In this document: positions 1-10,627 of the stretch, piece after piece
Layout: each line of letters begins with the position of its first letter
Numbering within the stretch: position 1 is the first letter of the stretch
Source: Desulfobacterales bacterium
Lineage (GTDB): Bacteria; Desulfobacterota; Desulfobacteria; Desulfobacterales; SG8-13
NCBI GenBank assembly: GCA_049687935.1
Contig: JBAVJU010000199.1
Span: 7,727-71,726, forward strand
Direction: 5' to 3'
Length of the DNA: 64,000 nt
Notes under the pieces: model-generated
The model's input: only the letters and a program-made list of their open reading frames with translations
The model's database searches: none
What the model was told of the DNA's origin: nothing
Translations under genes and position numbers: made by a program

Positions 1-127
1 ATTATCGAAGCCGTTTCGTGGGGGCGAGGCGCTACCTTTAGCGGATATTCGAAGGCGAACCATCAGGTCTTCCGACCATTCAAGCCCAGCCGTGACACTA
101 AAAAGATAAAAAACGAAATGGACGATC

Positions 128-1624
128 ATGATGAATACTTCTGTCGCGTTCGATTATGAGAGATGCAAAATTCTCGTTGTCGGCGATGTCATGTTGGACC
201 GATATCTCTGGGGCGATGTGAAACGCATTTCACCTGAGGCGCCGGTGCCGGTATTTCACATCAAGCGACGATCGATAGTTCCCGGCGGCGCCGGCAGTGT
301 GGTTTTGAACATCATCGGACTCGGTGCATCGGTTGCCTTGCTCGGCGTCATCGGCCGGGACGAAAACGGAAGCACGCTCAAAAGGTTGCTCGAAGACCGA
401 AGAATCGAATCGAAACTGCTGGAAGATAAAAACAGGCCAACCATCACCAAAACGAGAATTTTGTCAAAAGGTCAGCAATTACTGCGGATTGACGACGAAA
501 ACACGATGGTTCTCGATGAATCTTCGAAAGCGGCAATCATAGAAAAAGCGGCCATAGAAATCCACCAATGTGCGGCCGTCATCTTTTCGGATTACGGAAA
601 GGGCATTTTTGATACGCCGGGCCTTACCGAAGCCCTCATCGATGTGGCCAATGGCGCAGATGTTCCTGTCATCATCGATCCCAAGGGGAAAAATTGGGAA
701 CGATATTCGGGGGCAGCTTGTCTGACACCGAACACCGCCGAATTCGAACATGCCGTTGGAGCGCCTTTCGGTGATGACAACGCCCTGATCGACGCCATGC
801 AGACCGCACGGTCCAAATACAGGCTGTCGAACCTGCTGGTTACACGCGGCCCGCTCGGGATGTGCCTCATCGGCGAAGACGATGAACCCCGGTTTATTCC
901 GTCAATTGCGCGGGAAGTATACGATGTGTCAGGCGCCGGTGACACCGTTATTGCAACATTGGCAGTCGGTATCGCCTCCGGGCAGAGCTACCCGGACGCC
1001 GCTCGCTTGGCCAACGTCGCCGCCGGGGTTGTCGTCGGCAAACTCGGCACGCAGCCGATCAGCAGACTTGAGCTGAAGGCTGCGGCGGGGATGAGCGGCG
1101 AGAGAATCGGCGGAAGCCTCAACCAAAAGGCCCATTCGCTTGCGGCTGCGACGCTTCAGGTCCAGGCGTGGAAAGCCCTGGATCAAAAAATCGTCTTTAC
1201 CAACGGGTGCTTCGATTTGCTTCACCCCGGACACATCCACCTGCTGAACGAGGCCAAGAGGCGCGGAGAGCGGTTGATCGTCGGTTTGAATTCCGACGCG
1301 TCGGTCAGGCGGCTCAAGGGAGCCAAGCGACCGATTTTGAGTGAAACAGACCGCGCCGCCATTTTAGGGGCGTTGGATTGCGTCGATCTGGTGATCATTT
1401 TCGAAGAAGACACGCCGATCGAACTCATTGAAACCCTGGAACCGGATGTCCTGGTGAAAGGCTCGGATTACCGACCGGAGAGTGTGGTCGGAAAAGAGTT
1501 TGTGGAGTCCTATGGCGGAAAGGTTTACCTGGTCCCGGTCGCCGAAGGATACAGCACCACCCGCCTCGCGGAAAAGGTATCGGAGAAGACCGGAGACCAT
1601 AATCCTGAAAGCGTTCACGAGTAA
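128..1624 (+). CDS. hldE: Bifunctional D-beta-D-heptose 7-phosphate kinase / D-beta-D-heptose 1-phosphate adenylyltransferase
   Basis: 498 aa. The N-terminal part looks like a ribokinase-type sugar kinase (ILVVGDVMLDRY..., GAGDT). The C-terminal part is a cytidylyltransferase module (FTNGCFDLLHPGHIHLL). hldD follows immediately. Confidence 0.93.
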   Translation: MMNTSVAFDYERCKILVVGDVMLDRYLWGDVKRISPEAPVPVFHIKRRSIVPGGAGSVVLNIIGLGASVALLGVIGRDENGSTLKRLLEDRRIESKLLEDKNRPTITKTRILSKGQQLLRIDDENTMVLDESSKAAIIEKAAIEIHQCAAVIFSDYGKGIFDTPGLTEALIDVANGADVPVIIDPKGKNWERYSGAACLTPNTAEFEHAVGAPFGDDNALIDAMQTARSKYRLSNLLVTRGPLGMCLIGEDDEPRFIPSIAREVYDVSGAGDTVIATLAVGIASGQSYPDAARLANVAAGVVVGKLGTQPISRLELKAAAGMSGERIGGSLNQKAHSLAAATLQVQAWKALDQKIVFTNGCFDLLHPGHIHLLNEAKRRGERLIVGLNSDASVRRLKGAKRPILSETDRAAILGALDCVDLVIIFEEDTPIELIETLEPDVLVKGSDYRPESVVGKEFVESYGGKVYLVPVAEGYSTTRLAEKVSEKTGDHNPESVHE

Positions 1625-1655
1625 ATTTCACCAAACAGCTATCGAGGAACACGAC

Positions 1656-2627
1656 ATGGTCATACTCACGGGAGGAGCGGGGTTTATCGGCAGCAACACG
1701 CTGACGGCATTGAATCGCCGTTACGGTGACGACATTTTACTCGTGGACAATGTCGCCAGCACCGCTAAATGGAAAAACCTGGTCGGTAAATCTTTCAGGC
1801 AATACGTGCACAAAACCCGTCTGTGGTCGTGGCTGGACCACAGCGACGGCAGAACAGTCGAAGCGGTTGTCCATCTGGGTGCCTGCACGGATACGATGGA
1901 AAGCGATTTCGATTATCTTTTCGAAAACAACGTTTCCTATTCCCGGGAATTGTGGCATTTTTGCACTGAAAGGCAAATTCCCCTCATTTATGCGAGTAGC
2001 GCCGCCACATACGGCGACGGCAGGGATGGATTTTTCGATGACCACGAAAAGACCGCTATCTACAAGCCGATCAATCCCTACGGCTATTCAAAGCATCTCT
2101 TTGATTTATGGGCGCTGAAACAGCAGGAAACGCCTTCGCACTGGTATGGTATAAAATTCTTCAACGTTTACGGCCCCGGCGAAAGTCATAAGGGACGCAT
2201 GGCCAGCGTGGCCCATTTCGCCATCCCGCAAGCGCTGCAGAGCGGTAAGATCCGACTCTTCAAATCGTACCGGGAGGAGTGCGCCGACGGCGAACAGAGA
2301 AGAGATTTTATCTACGCTCAGGACATCGTCGATCTGATCGTTTATTTCCTCGACGCATCTCCACCCAACGGTCTTTACAATGCCGGCACGGGGCGGAGCA
2401 GAAGTTTCAATGATCTCGCCGGTGCAATCTTCAGCGCATTGAATCTGCCGGAAAGAATCGAATACTTCGACATGCCGGAATCGATAAAAGACAGCTACCA
2501 GTACGTCACCGAAGCCGATATGAGCAAGCTGTTGGCGACCGGCTGCCCCTTCAGACCGCTCTCTTTAGAGAAAGGAATTGAGCAGTATGTGAAATGGCTG
2601 CACCAAGAAGGAAGCCGGCCTCATTAA
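1656..2627 (+). CDS. hldD: ADP-L-glycero-D-manno-heptose 6-epimerase
   Basis: SDR Rossmann start MVILTGGAGFIGSN at the ATG at 1656. The track ORF begins at 1482, but that extension overlaps the 3' end of hldE. The YGYSK catalytic motif is present. Confidence 0.9.
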   Translation: MVILTGGAGFIGSNTLTALNRRYGDDILLVDNVASTAKWKNLVGKSFRQYVHKTRLWSWLDHSDGRTVEAVVHLGACTDTMESDFDYLFENNVSYSRELWHFCTERQIPLIYASSAATYGDGRDGFFDDHEKTAIYKPINPYGYSKHLFDLWALKQQETPSHWYGIKFFNVYGPGESHKGRMASVAHFAIPQALQSGKIRLFKSYREECADGEQRRDFIYAQDIVDLIVYFLDASPPNGLYNAGTGRSRSFNDLAGAIFSALNLPERIEYFDMPESIKDSYQYVTEADMSKLLATGCPFRPLSLEKGIEQYVKWLHQEGSRPH

Positions 2628-3445
2628 TCAGCATCTGAGCCTGCCCTTCCCGTCAGAATCCTTACCACAGTTCTCTTCATTTTCTGACGTCTACCAGGCC
2701 GATCGTAGGTCATCTCCACAATTTTCAACCGGCCCTGTGCAAACAGGTCGATGCATTCCGGATAGAGGACCCATTCCAATTTCAATCCTTTTTCACGGAC
2801 CGTATCCAGAGTGTCGTTTTTGTCGATTGGAAAAGCTTTCTGCCCGATGATCGGTCCCGTGTCTTCACCGTAATCGACAAAATGGACCGTGCAGCCGGCC
2901 ACCTTGCAGCCAAAGCGAAAGGCATCTCCGTAGCCATCGGTTCCCGGGAAGGCCGGCAGCAGGGCGGGATGAATGTTCATAATTCGGGGATGTTCCGCAT
3001 CGGTGTTGACCCGATCGATGAAATAGGGCGTAAGGGTCCGCATGTATCCGGCCAGAACGAGCAAATCGACATCATAGGGGGCCATGGCCTTCAACAGCCG
3101 GGATTCGGCCGTCACTCGCGATTTCAGAAACGCGGTCACCTTTTGCAGATCAACAGGCGTCGGAAAAAGGTTTTGTTTTTCCAACAATTCGTTCAGGTTG
3201 ACGTCGAGTGGCAGCGCGCCGCCGGACAGGGAATCGCGGGAGGACCGAATGATGGCCTGATAGTCGGTCACGAAAGTGGGGATACCATGCCGGCGGCCCA
3301 GTTTGAGACCGGCCGCCTGCGGGTTGTCCGAACCGATGAAGACCACTTTCCCGGCCAGTTTTCCCGCGTTGCAGGCGTCTATGATTGCCCGCAGATTTGT
3401 GCCGGTGCCTGAAATCAATGCGCCAATTTTAATGACGTCCGCCAT
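2624..3445 (-). CDS. purN: Phosphoribosylglycinamide formyltransferase
   Basis: IGALISGTGTNLRAIIDA, MNIHPALLPAF and the HFVDYGEDTGPII motif. I prefer the start at the ATG at 3445 because a GGAG sits upstream. There is an internal insertion of about 40 aa relative to E. coli PurN. Confidence 0.85.
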   Translation of the reverse strand: MADVIKIGALISGTGTNLRAIIDACNAGKLAGKVVFIGSDNPQAAGLKLGRRHGIPTFVTDYQAIIRSSRDSLSGGALPLDVNLNELLEKQNLFPTPVDLQKVTAFLKSRVTAESRLLKAMAPYDVDLLVLAGYMRTLTPYFIDRVNTDAEHPRIMNIHPALLPAFPGTDGYGDAFRFGCKVAGCTVHFVDYGEDTGPIIGQKAFPIDKNDTLDTVREKGLKLEWVLYPECIDLFAQGRLKIVEMTYDRPGRRQKMKRTVVRILTGRAGSDAD

Positions 3446-3618
3446 GGGCAATCTCCTATCCGTTAAGAGAGGGGGCGTCCTTTGAAACACCGGAAAAACG
3501 CCACTGATTCAAGGCGCCCGAATCCCGGCTTTTGATGAAGCCGTGGATGTGCTCAAGCTGTGTACAACGAAACCGAATCTATTTCAAATTGTTACCATAT
3601 TGGCTTGTTTTGTAAAAG

Positions 3619-3647
3619 TTGACAACCATAGCGGCCATCACTATTAT
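3619..3647 (+). promoter_or_regulatory. Sigma70-type promoter for trxA (TTGACA-17 nt-TATTAT)
   Basis: TTGACA at 3619-3624, a 17-nt spacer, and TATTAT at 3642-3647. This lies about 34 nt upstream of the trxA ATG. Confidence 0.5.
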
Positions 3648-3680
3648 GGTGGAAATTTATTTCAGAAAGGATTATACATC

Positions 3681-4007
3681 ATGGCTGAAGGTATGCGGGA
3701 AATAGAAGACGGAAATTTCGAAAGTGAGGTATTGCAGTCGGATATGCCGGTGTTGGTGGATTTCTGGGCGCCGTGGTGCGGCCCTTGCAAAGCGATCGCG
3801 CCCGTCGTCGAAGAGCTTTCCAAGAGTTTCGGGGACCAGATAAAATTCATGAAATGCAATGTCGACAACAGCCCCATCACGCCGGGAAAATATGGTATCA
3901 AGGCCATTCCGACCCTTATCCTCTTCAAGGGTGGTGACGTGGTCGACCAGATAACCGGCATGGTTGCCAAGTCAAAACTCGAAGATGTGATCAAAAAGGC
4001 CCTTTAG
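3681..4007 (+). CDS. trxA: Thioredoxin
   Basis: VLVDFWAPWCGPCK active site. The product is 108 aa when started at the ATG at 3681. Confidence 0.93.
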   Translation: MAEGMREIEDGNFESEVLQSDMPVLVDFWAPWCGPCKAIAPVVEELSKSFGDQIKFMKCNVDNSPITPGKYGIKAIPTLILFKGGDVVDQITGMVAKSKLEDVIKKAL

Positions 4008-4259
4008 CCCCTTTCGGACGCTGCGGTATTTTGCCGAAACGAAAATCGGCTGGCGGGTTGATGAATTAAGTACATGAGATCGGTTGGAACCCATCGGCCG
4101 ACCCCACAATCGTTAGCTCAAGGCTTGGGGCGGCGTCAACCTCTGATCCATTGTCAACTGGAGTTACTTGGGATGCGGTGCTGACGGATGGTGTCTATGC
4201 TGTCGATATCGGTCGGCGAACCATGTCCCCGGTAACTGAAAGTGATTAGAATCAAATCA

Positions 4260-4943
4260 ATGAAAGCAGCCGTTGGACTCTGCATTTTTTTCCTGTTCCT
4301 GCTCACCGGATGTTCGCTCTACAATTCCGCCCACGATTTTTTTTTCAAAGAAAAAGATTTAGAATCGGTGGAGGTACTGGTTCAAGAGGGCATGGACGAA
4401 TTTAACAGCGGGAATTACAAACAGGCCCTCGAATCTTTTCAGAAGATCAAGGACTGGTATCCGTTCAGTAAGTACGTCACTCTGGCGGAGTTGAAGATCG
4501 CCGATGCGCACTATCACCTCGAAGAATATGAAGATGCCATCTTTGCGTATCAGGAGTTTGCCGACCTGCACCCCAACAACGAGGCAGTTCCCTATGTTCT
4601 TTACCAAATCGGCCGCTGCTATTTCGACCAGATGGATACAATCGACCGCGACCAGAGTGTTACCCGCAAGGCCTTGGATAATTTCAGGCAACTTCAGAAA
4701 CAATTCCCCCAATCGCTCTATGCCGAAAAGGCGACCGAACACATCGACAAATGCTTGAAAAACCTCGCCGGTAATGAGTTTTACATCGCAATGTTCTATT
4801 ACAAAAGCAAGCATTACGATGCCGCCCTGCAGCGCTTCAAGTCGCTCGTCACCACTTATCCGGATGTCGGTGTTCATCGCGTTGCCCTGCAGTACATCAC
4901 CAAATGCGAGTCCTCACTTGCAAAGCAAGTTCAGGGCAATTAA
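4260..4943 (+). CDS. bamD: Outer membrane protein assembly factor BamD (TPR lipoprotein)
   Basis: Lipoprotein signal MKAAVGLCIFFLFLLTGC, followed by TPR-like repeats with BamD/YfiO-like sequence (ADAHYHLEEYEDAIFAYQEF, FYIAMFYYKSKHYDAA). Confidence 0.8.
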   Translation: MKAAVGLCIFFLFLLTGCSLYNSAHDFFFKEKDLESVEVLVQEGMDEFNSGNYKQALESFQKIKDWYPFSKYVTLAELKIADAHYHLEEYEDAIFAYQEFADLHPNNEAVPYVLYQIGRCYFDQMDTIDRDQSVTRKALDNFRQLQKQFPQSLYAEKATEHIDKCLKNLAGNEFYIAMFYYKSKHYDAALQRFKSLVTTYPDVGVHRVALQYITKCESSLAKQVQGN

Positions 4944-5072
4944 AAAAGACTTTACAGATCCCGACCTTTACTGTAGAAATCCACCTTTGATTTTCAGGTA
5001 TCAATTCTTCGGTTTCGCTCACTCGCGGCCCGAGCTGAAAGAGCGCCGAATCACATTTCAAGAGAGGCGATT

Positions 5073-5264
5073 ATGTCGAAAGCATGTGAAATATGTGGTA
5101 AAAAACCGATGGTGGGCAATAATGTGAGTCACGCGCACAACGTGAATAAAAGACGGTTCAACCCGAACCTGCAGCAAGTCAGGGCTAACGTAAACGGCAG
5201 GGTTAAAAAGATGACGGTCTGTACCAGTTGCATCAAATCCGGGTGCATCGTCAAAGCGCCCTGA
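5073..5264 (+). CDS. rpmB: 50S ribosomal protein L28
   Basis: [34 protein letters not shown] is a canonical L28 sequence. Confidence 0.95.
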   Translation: MSKACEICGKKPMVGNNVSHAHNVNKRRFNPNLQQVRANVNGRVKKMTVCTSCIKSGCIVKAP

Positions 5265-5284
5265 ACTCTCTTAAAGCCTATAGA

Positions 5285-7429
5285 TCAGCTGATGCGTTTG
5301 ACCTCCAGCACCTGTTTGACCTTTTTAAGCGACGACATTATCCGGTTCAGGTGCTCCGTATCTTCCACATCGATGGTGAACACGCTGTTGACGATCTTGT
5401 TTTCCTGAGTTTCAGTTTTGGCATTCAGTATGTTGGCTTCATTCTTGCTGATGTTGCTGACGACGTCGGCCAGCAGCCCGACACGGTCGTGGGAACGGAT
5501 GTAAATTTTTACCGGATACGTATCTGACTTTTCAATGTTCCACTCCACTTCGATTTGTCGGTCGGGAGTCATTTTCAGGGCATTGACGCAGCCCGCGCGG
5601 TGAACGGTCACGCCGTAGCCGCGGGTGATGTAGCCGGTGATCGAATCTCCCGGCACCGGTTGGCAGCACTTGCCGAATCGAATCAGAATATCATCGACTC
5701 CCTTGACCACCACCCCGCCTTTGGGCTTTTTCTTGCGCACCCGCCCGATGAGCTTGTTAAAGACTGACTCCCGCTTTTCTTCGCTTTCGGCTTTTGCTGT
5801 AAAGCGCCTTACCACCTGCAGAGGTGTGATCTTGCCGTAGCCCACGCTGGCGATCAAGTCTTCGACCGCTTTGAGCCCGAAGTGCTCCACTACCCGGTTC
5901 ATTTCGTCGGTTTTGATCAGTGCCGAAAAATTGAGCCGCTCCTTGCGGAATGCCTTTTCGCACATTTCCCTTCCGAGTGAGATGCTGCGGTCTTTTTCCT
6001 GGGTTTTGATCCATTGACGGATTTTTGAACGGGCCTTGACCGTCTTGACATACTTCAACCAGTCTTTGCTCGGCTGGTGGTTCTTTTGGGTTATGATCTC
6101 AATGACATCGCCGGTTTGCAGTTCGTACTGGAGCGGGACCATGCGGTCGTTGACCTTCGCTCCGACGCACTGGTCGCCAACCTCCGAGTGGATCATATAG
6201 GCGAAATCGACTGGCGTTGCCCCCTTGGGAAGCGTTTTTATTTCCCCGCGGGGGGTGAACACATAAACCTCGTCCGGGAAAAGGTCGATGCGCACGTTTT
6301 CCATGAATTCGCCCGGATCCCTGAAATTTTCCTGGTTTTCGACCAATTCCTGGATCCAGGTGTACATTCGACTCACCCGTTCGTCGACCTGCTTGCCTTC
6401 CTTATAGCCCCAGTGGGCGGCGATGCCCGATTTCGCCACCCGGTCCATTTCCCAGGTGCGGATTTGGACCTCCATCCGCTCGCCGTAGGGACCGAAAACC
6501 GTCGTGTGAAGCGACTGGTACATGTTGGGCTTAGGGCGGCTGATATAGTCCTTGAATTTAATGTCGATCGGTTTCCAGAGAGAATGAATCAAACCGAGGG
6601 TTTCGTAACAATGGGGGATGGTGTCGAGGATGATCCTGAAGGCGATGATGTCGTAGACGTCTTCGAAGGCCAGATTCTGACTCATCATTTTGTGGTAGAT
6701 GCTGTAGTAATTTTTGTTTCGACCCAGCACCTCGCACGTCAGGTTGGCTTCCTCCATTTTTTTCAGAATGTACTTCTTTACGGTTTCAACATATTTTTCG
6801 CGCTCCACCTGATCCTTGGCGACCAAATTGCTGATTCGTTCGTACTCATCGGGCAGCATGTACTTGAAAGAGGCGTCTTCGAGCTCCTTCTTGATCCAGT
6901 AGATGCCTAGCCGGGCGGATATCGGTGCGTAGATATCCATGGTTTCCCGGGCGATGTTGATTTTTTTCTTTTCACTGCTGTGATACTGGAGGGTCCGCAT
7001 GTTATGCAGGCGATCCGCAAGCTTGATCAGTATGACACGAATGTCGTCGGCCATGGCCAGCAGCATTTTGCGGATGCTCTCGGCCTGTCGGGCTTCGGAG
7101 CTGCTCAGGCGCAGTTTGCTCAGCTTGGTGACGCCGGAGACGATGTGAAGAACTTCGGGGCCGAAAATTTTCTCGATTTCTTCCGGTGTGGCCGCCGTAT
7201 CTTCGAGAACATCGTGCAGAAGACCGGCGGTGACGCTGATTTCATCGAGGTTCATGTCCGCGAGGATGCCGGAGACTTCCAGCGGATGAGACAGGTAGGG
7301 TTCACCTGAGAGGCGCACCTGGCCTTCGTGGACCCGCGCGGAATAAATATAGGCCCGTTCGATCAGGCTGAGGTCGGCCTCGGGGGAGTATTCGGCAACC
7401 TTGTCGAGGATGTCGGTAATTCGGATCAT
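5285..7429 (-). CDS. spoT: Bifunctional (p)ppGpp synthetase/hydrolase (RelA/SpoT family)
   Basis: 714 aa. It has the HD hydrolase motif (HPLEV...LHDVLEDT), a RelA/SpoT synthetase core (YRSLHTTV-like QSLHTTVFGP), and TGS and C-terminal ACT-like regions. Confidence 0.93.
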   Translation of the reverse strand: MIRITDILDKVAEYSPEADLSLIERAYIYSARVHEGQVRLSGEPYLSHPLEVSGILADMNLDEISVTAGLLHDVLEDTAATPEEIEKIFGPEVLHIVSGVTKLSKLRLSSSEARQAESIRKMLLAMADDIRVILIKLADRLHNMRTLQYHSSEKKKINIARETMDIYAPISARLGIYWIKKELEDASFKYMLPDEYERISNLVAKDQVEREKYVETVKKYILKKMEEANLTCEVLGRNKNYYSIYHKMMSQNLAFEDVYDIIAFRIILDTIPHCYETLGLIHSLWKPIDIKFKDYISRPKPNMYQSLHTTVFGPYGERMEVQIRTWEMDRVAKSGIAAHWGYKEGKQVDERVSRMYTWIQELVENQENFRDPGEFMENVRIDLFPDEVYVFTPRGEIKTLPKGATPVDFAYMIHSEVGDQCVGAKVNDRMVPLQYELQTGDVIEIITQKNHQPSKDWLKYVKTVKARSKIRQWIKTQEKDRSISLGREMCEKAFRKERLNFSALIKTDEMNRVVEHFGLKAVEDLIASVGYGKITPLQVVRRFTAKAESEEKRESVFNKLIGRVRKKKPKGGVVVKGVDDILIRFGKCCQPVPGDSITGYITRGYGVTVHRAGCVNALKMTPDRQIEVEWNIEKSDTYPVKIYIRSHDRVGLLADVVSNISKNEANILNAKTETQENKIVNSVFTIDVEDTEHLNRIMSSLKKVKQVLEVKRIS

Positions 7430-7535
7430 AGGCGATGCATAAAATTGTGTCCGATGGATTGCTTGTCACAAAAAAGTGTTCCCGATCCTTTTTCGATTGA
7501 ACACCGCAACCCTGAACCCGCAACGTTTAGCGATT

Positions 7536-9080
7536 TCAATAGGATTTGGCGAACACGACCCTTTGCGGTGACGGCTTACCGCAAGCGATGCATCCACCCG
7601 GAACTTTGTCATCGTTCAGCGCGCCTGGGAGGGGGATGCAGCGGATGGTCACGCCGAGATCCTCTTTAATGGCCGTTTCGCACGCTGCGTCACCGCACCA
7701 GTGCGAGAGTGCGAACCCGCCATGAATTTCGGGTTTTTCTTTGTCTGAAGGTGTAAAATAATCATAAAAGGACTTTTTTTCATCGATCACTGTCGTATAG
7801 GTCTTTTGGAAAGCCAGCGCGCGATCGAATAAAGCGTGTTGAATGCTGTCGAGGATATCGGTGATTTCGGCGACAAACCGGTCGCGTTTGACGGAGACTT
7901 TTTCGCGGTGATCCCGATCCCGGCGACCGACGAAAACAGATTCTGCGGCGATGTCCCGGGGGCCGATTTCGACCCGCAGCGGAATGCCTTTCTTGATCCA
8001 TTCCCATCCTCTGGCACCGCCGATATCACGCGCGTCGATTTCCACCTCGATCGACCGCCGACCGTAGTGCTTCTCTCTCAGTGCCTCGGCCAGACTGTCG
8101 ACATACGGCATCACCAGGGCGCTCTCCTCTGCATTCCGTACAATGGGCAGCAAAACGACATGTGCCGGCGCGACCCGAGGCGGCAGGAGGATGCCGTTGT
8201 CGTCGCCGTGGGTCATGATCAGACCGCCGATCAGTCGTGTTGACGCACCCCAGGAAGTGGTCCAGGCGAACTGCTCCTGTTCGTTGGCATCTTGATACCG
8301 GATGCCCGAAGCCCGGGCAAAATTTTGACCGAGAAAGTGAGACGTACCGGCTTGCAAAGCGCGACGATCCTGCATCATCGCTTCGACGCACAGTGTGTCC
8401 ACCGCACCTGGAAATCTTTCCCCCGCCGTTTTACGGCCCTTGATGACCGGAATGGCAAGGTGCTTTTCGGCGAGTTCGGCGTAGACGTCAAGCATCATAA
8501 GGGTCCTTGCGAGGGCTTCTTCCTCGGTTGCGTGCGCCGTGTGCCCCTCCTGCCACAAGAATTCACTGGTTCTTAAAAATACCCTGGTCCGCATTTCCCA
8601 GCGGACGACATTGGCCCATTGATTGATGAGAATGGGGAGGTCCCGGTAGCTGTTGATCCACTTCGAAAAGGAGTCACCGATGATCGTTTCCGATGTCGGT
8701 CTCACGACAAGGGGTTCCGTAAGGGGGCCGGCCGGCACGAGGCCCCCTTCCGGCCCTTTTTCGAGACGGTGGTGTGTGACGACGGCACATTCCTTGGCGA
8801 ACCCCTCGATGTGTTCGGCTTCCTTCTCGAGAAAACTCAGCGGGATAAAAAGCGGAAAGTAGGCATTTTTCACCCCGGTGGCCTTGAACATCGCGTCCAG
8901 TTCGCTCACAATGTTTTCCCAGAGGCTGTACCCCCAAGGTTTGATTACCATGCACCCGCGTACGGGTGATTTTTCCGCAAGGTCGGAAGCTTTTACGACT
9001 TGTTGATACCACTCGGAATAATCTTCTTCCCGGGTGGGAGTGATGGCCGTTTTCGGTTGTTGCAGTTTACCCATTCTCAT
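7536..9080 (-). CDS. proS: Proline--tRNA ligase (archaeal/eukaryote-like type)
   Basis: N-terminus ITPTREEDYSEWYQQVV with class II motifs. The size is about 510 aa and there is no INS editing domain. Confidence 0.92.
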   Translation of the reverse strand: MRMGKLQQPKTAITPTREEDYSEWYQQVVKASDLAEKSPVRGCMVIKPWGYSLWENIVSELDAMFKATGVKNAYFPLFIPLSFLEKEAEHIEGFAKECAVVTHHRLEKGPEGGLVPAGPLTEPLVVRPTSETIIGDSFSKWINSYRDLPILINQWANVVRWEMRTRVFLRTSEFLWQEGHTAHATEEEALARTLMMLDVYAELAEKHLAIPVIKGRKTAGERFPGAVDTLCVEAMMQDRRALQAGTSHFLGQNFARASGIRYQDANEQEQFAWTTSWGASTRLIGGLIMTHGDDNGILLPPRVAPAHVVLLPIVRNAEESALVMPYVDSLAEALREKHYGRRSIEVEIDARDIGGARGWEWIKKGIPLRVEIGPRDIAAESVFVGRRDRDHREKVSVKRDRFVAEITDILDSIQHALFDRALAFQKTYTTVIDEKKSFYDYFTPSDKEKPEIHGGFALSHWCGDAACETAIKEDLGVTIRCIPLPGALNDDKVPGGCIACGKPSPQRVVFAKSY

Positions 9081-9113
9081 CCTCGCGAGATACGTTTCAT
9101 TCCCATGATGTCA

Positions 9114-10205
9114 TCAAGTTCTCGACTTCCATTCGTTTTCGTATTTTTCCACTTCAGCCAGCAGGACCTCCGCCAGTTTTTCTTCGGGAAACTTTTTGAC
9201 GATTTTACCTTTCTTGAAAAGGATTCCCACTCCGTTGCCGCCGGCGATGCCGATGTCGGCTTCACGAGCTTCACCGGGACCGTTGACCACACAGCCCATG
9301 ATGGCCAGTTTTACCGGGACCGATTTGAGTAGAAGCGCTTTTTCGACTTTTTCGGTGATGCCGAAGAGATCGATATTACAACGGCCGCAAGTCGGGCAGG
9401 AAACGATATCAGGACCATGGCGGCGAACGTCCAGCCCTTTCAAAATCTCGTAGCCGACGCGTACCTCTTCGATCGGATCGCGGGTCAGGGAAACGCGTAT
9501 GGTGTCGCCGATGCCTTCGGCCAGCAGCATCCCGATTCCGAGTGTCGATTTGACAATCCCCGAGTAGAGCCCGCCGGCCTCGGTTACGCCGACATGCAGG
9601 GGCAAATCGGTCTGTTCGGACAGCAGACGATAGGCCTCCACCGTCCGGTGAACATCGGAGGCTTTTATGGAAATTTTCATCCGCTCGAACCCGAGTGCCG
9701 CAATATTCTCGATGTGGCGCAAGGCACTTTCAACCATCCCCTCGGCGGTCACCCCCTTGTATTTCTTCAGGAGATCTTTTTCGAGAGAACCGGCATTGAC
9801 GCCGATCCGGATCGGTACACCGTATTCCTCGGCACAGTTCACCACTGCTTTGACCTTTATACGGCTGCCGATGTTGCCGGGGTTGATCCGCAAACCGTCG
9901 GCACCCGCCCGAATCGCTGCGATTGCCAAACGGTGATCGAAGTGAACATCAGCAATCAGCGGGATCGTGATCTGTGATTTGATGCGGGCGATGGCGGCGG
10001 CGGCCTTTTCGTCCGGCACCGCCACCCGCACGATTTCACAACCGGCGGCTTCGAGCCTTTTGATCTGGGCGACTGTTGCTGCTACGTCCGGAGTCAACGT
10101 GCTGGTCATGGATTGGACGGCAATCGGTGCATTACCGCCAATTGAAACGCCGCCGACGGTTATCCGGCGGGTTTTCTTTCGCTTGATCGCAAAGCTCATG
10201 ATCAC
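9114..10205 (-). CDS. ispG: 4-hydroxy-3-methylbut-2-en-1-yl diphosphate synthase
   Basis: ITVGGVSIGGNAPIAVQSMT, with C-terminal cluster cysteines CPTCGRC...GCVVNGPGE. Confidence 0.95.
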   Translation of the reverse strand: MIMSFAIKRKKTRRITVGGVSIGGNAPIAVQSMTSTLTPDVAATVAQIKRLEAAGCEIVRVAVPDEKAAAAIARIKSQITIPLIADVHFDHRLAIAAIRAGADGLRINPGNIGSRIKVKAVVNCAEEYGVPIRIGVNAGSLEKDLLKKYKGVTAEGMVESALRHIENIAALGFERMKISIKASDVHRTVEAYRLLSEQTDLPLHVGVTEAGGLYSGIVKSTLGIGMLLAEGIGDTIRVSLTRDPIEEVRVGYEILKGLDVRRHGPDIVSCPTCGRCNIDLFGITEKVEKALLLKSVPVKLAIMGCVVNGPGEAREADIGIAGGNGVGILFKKGKIVKKFPEEKLAEVLLAEVEKYENEWKSRT

Positions 10206-10627
10206 CTATCGCAGTTCGAGTGTCTCGGATTGACAGCCGGCCGCTGAAGCGTGGGCAGCGGGCCTATCCTTCACATCCTCAAAACAGATCACCGTGTTGA
10301 CCCTATCCGGATTATGAAAAGGTATTTTTTGATTTCCGATACAGAAACGGACACTATTTCGAAAGATAAAGAAAATAAAAAAAATAGCGAGGGAACATGC
10401 TTGAGCGTGCTCAACATGCGATCCCGCAGACCTGACATGCCTTTGTTCGCGCCCTTTACGTGATTGGCGCGGAAAGTGCGGCAATGGGCCGTTTATAGAC
10501 CCAAACAACCTAACAAACCCGATAGACGAGTTCAAGGAAAATAGATACCTCCGAGTTCAGGCCCGGTTCACCCCCCTTCCCCCCGGGCAGGGACTTCAAG
10601 ATGTGAAAGATGAACAGATGTTGCGAT

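Noticed and set aside
1-127. A possible 3' end of an upstream gene at the left edge of the window.
   Set aside because: Two frames stay open for about 35-55 codons, but neither has any recognisable motif. The stretch is too short to call.
1482-1655. The N-terminal 58-codon extension of hldD in the ORF track. Similar upstream extensions occur for trxA (3543), purN (3490), ribD (16412), rpiB (19227), fabF (20665), the MBL hydrolase (12216), mntR (48629), the ATP-grasp subunit (59587) and GGCT (62111).
   Set aside because: The extensions overlap upstream genes or lack homology. Internal starts have proper RBSs and coincide with the conserved N-termini of the families.
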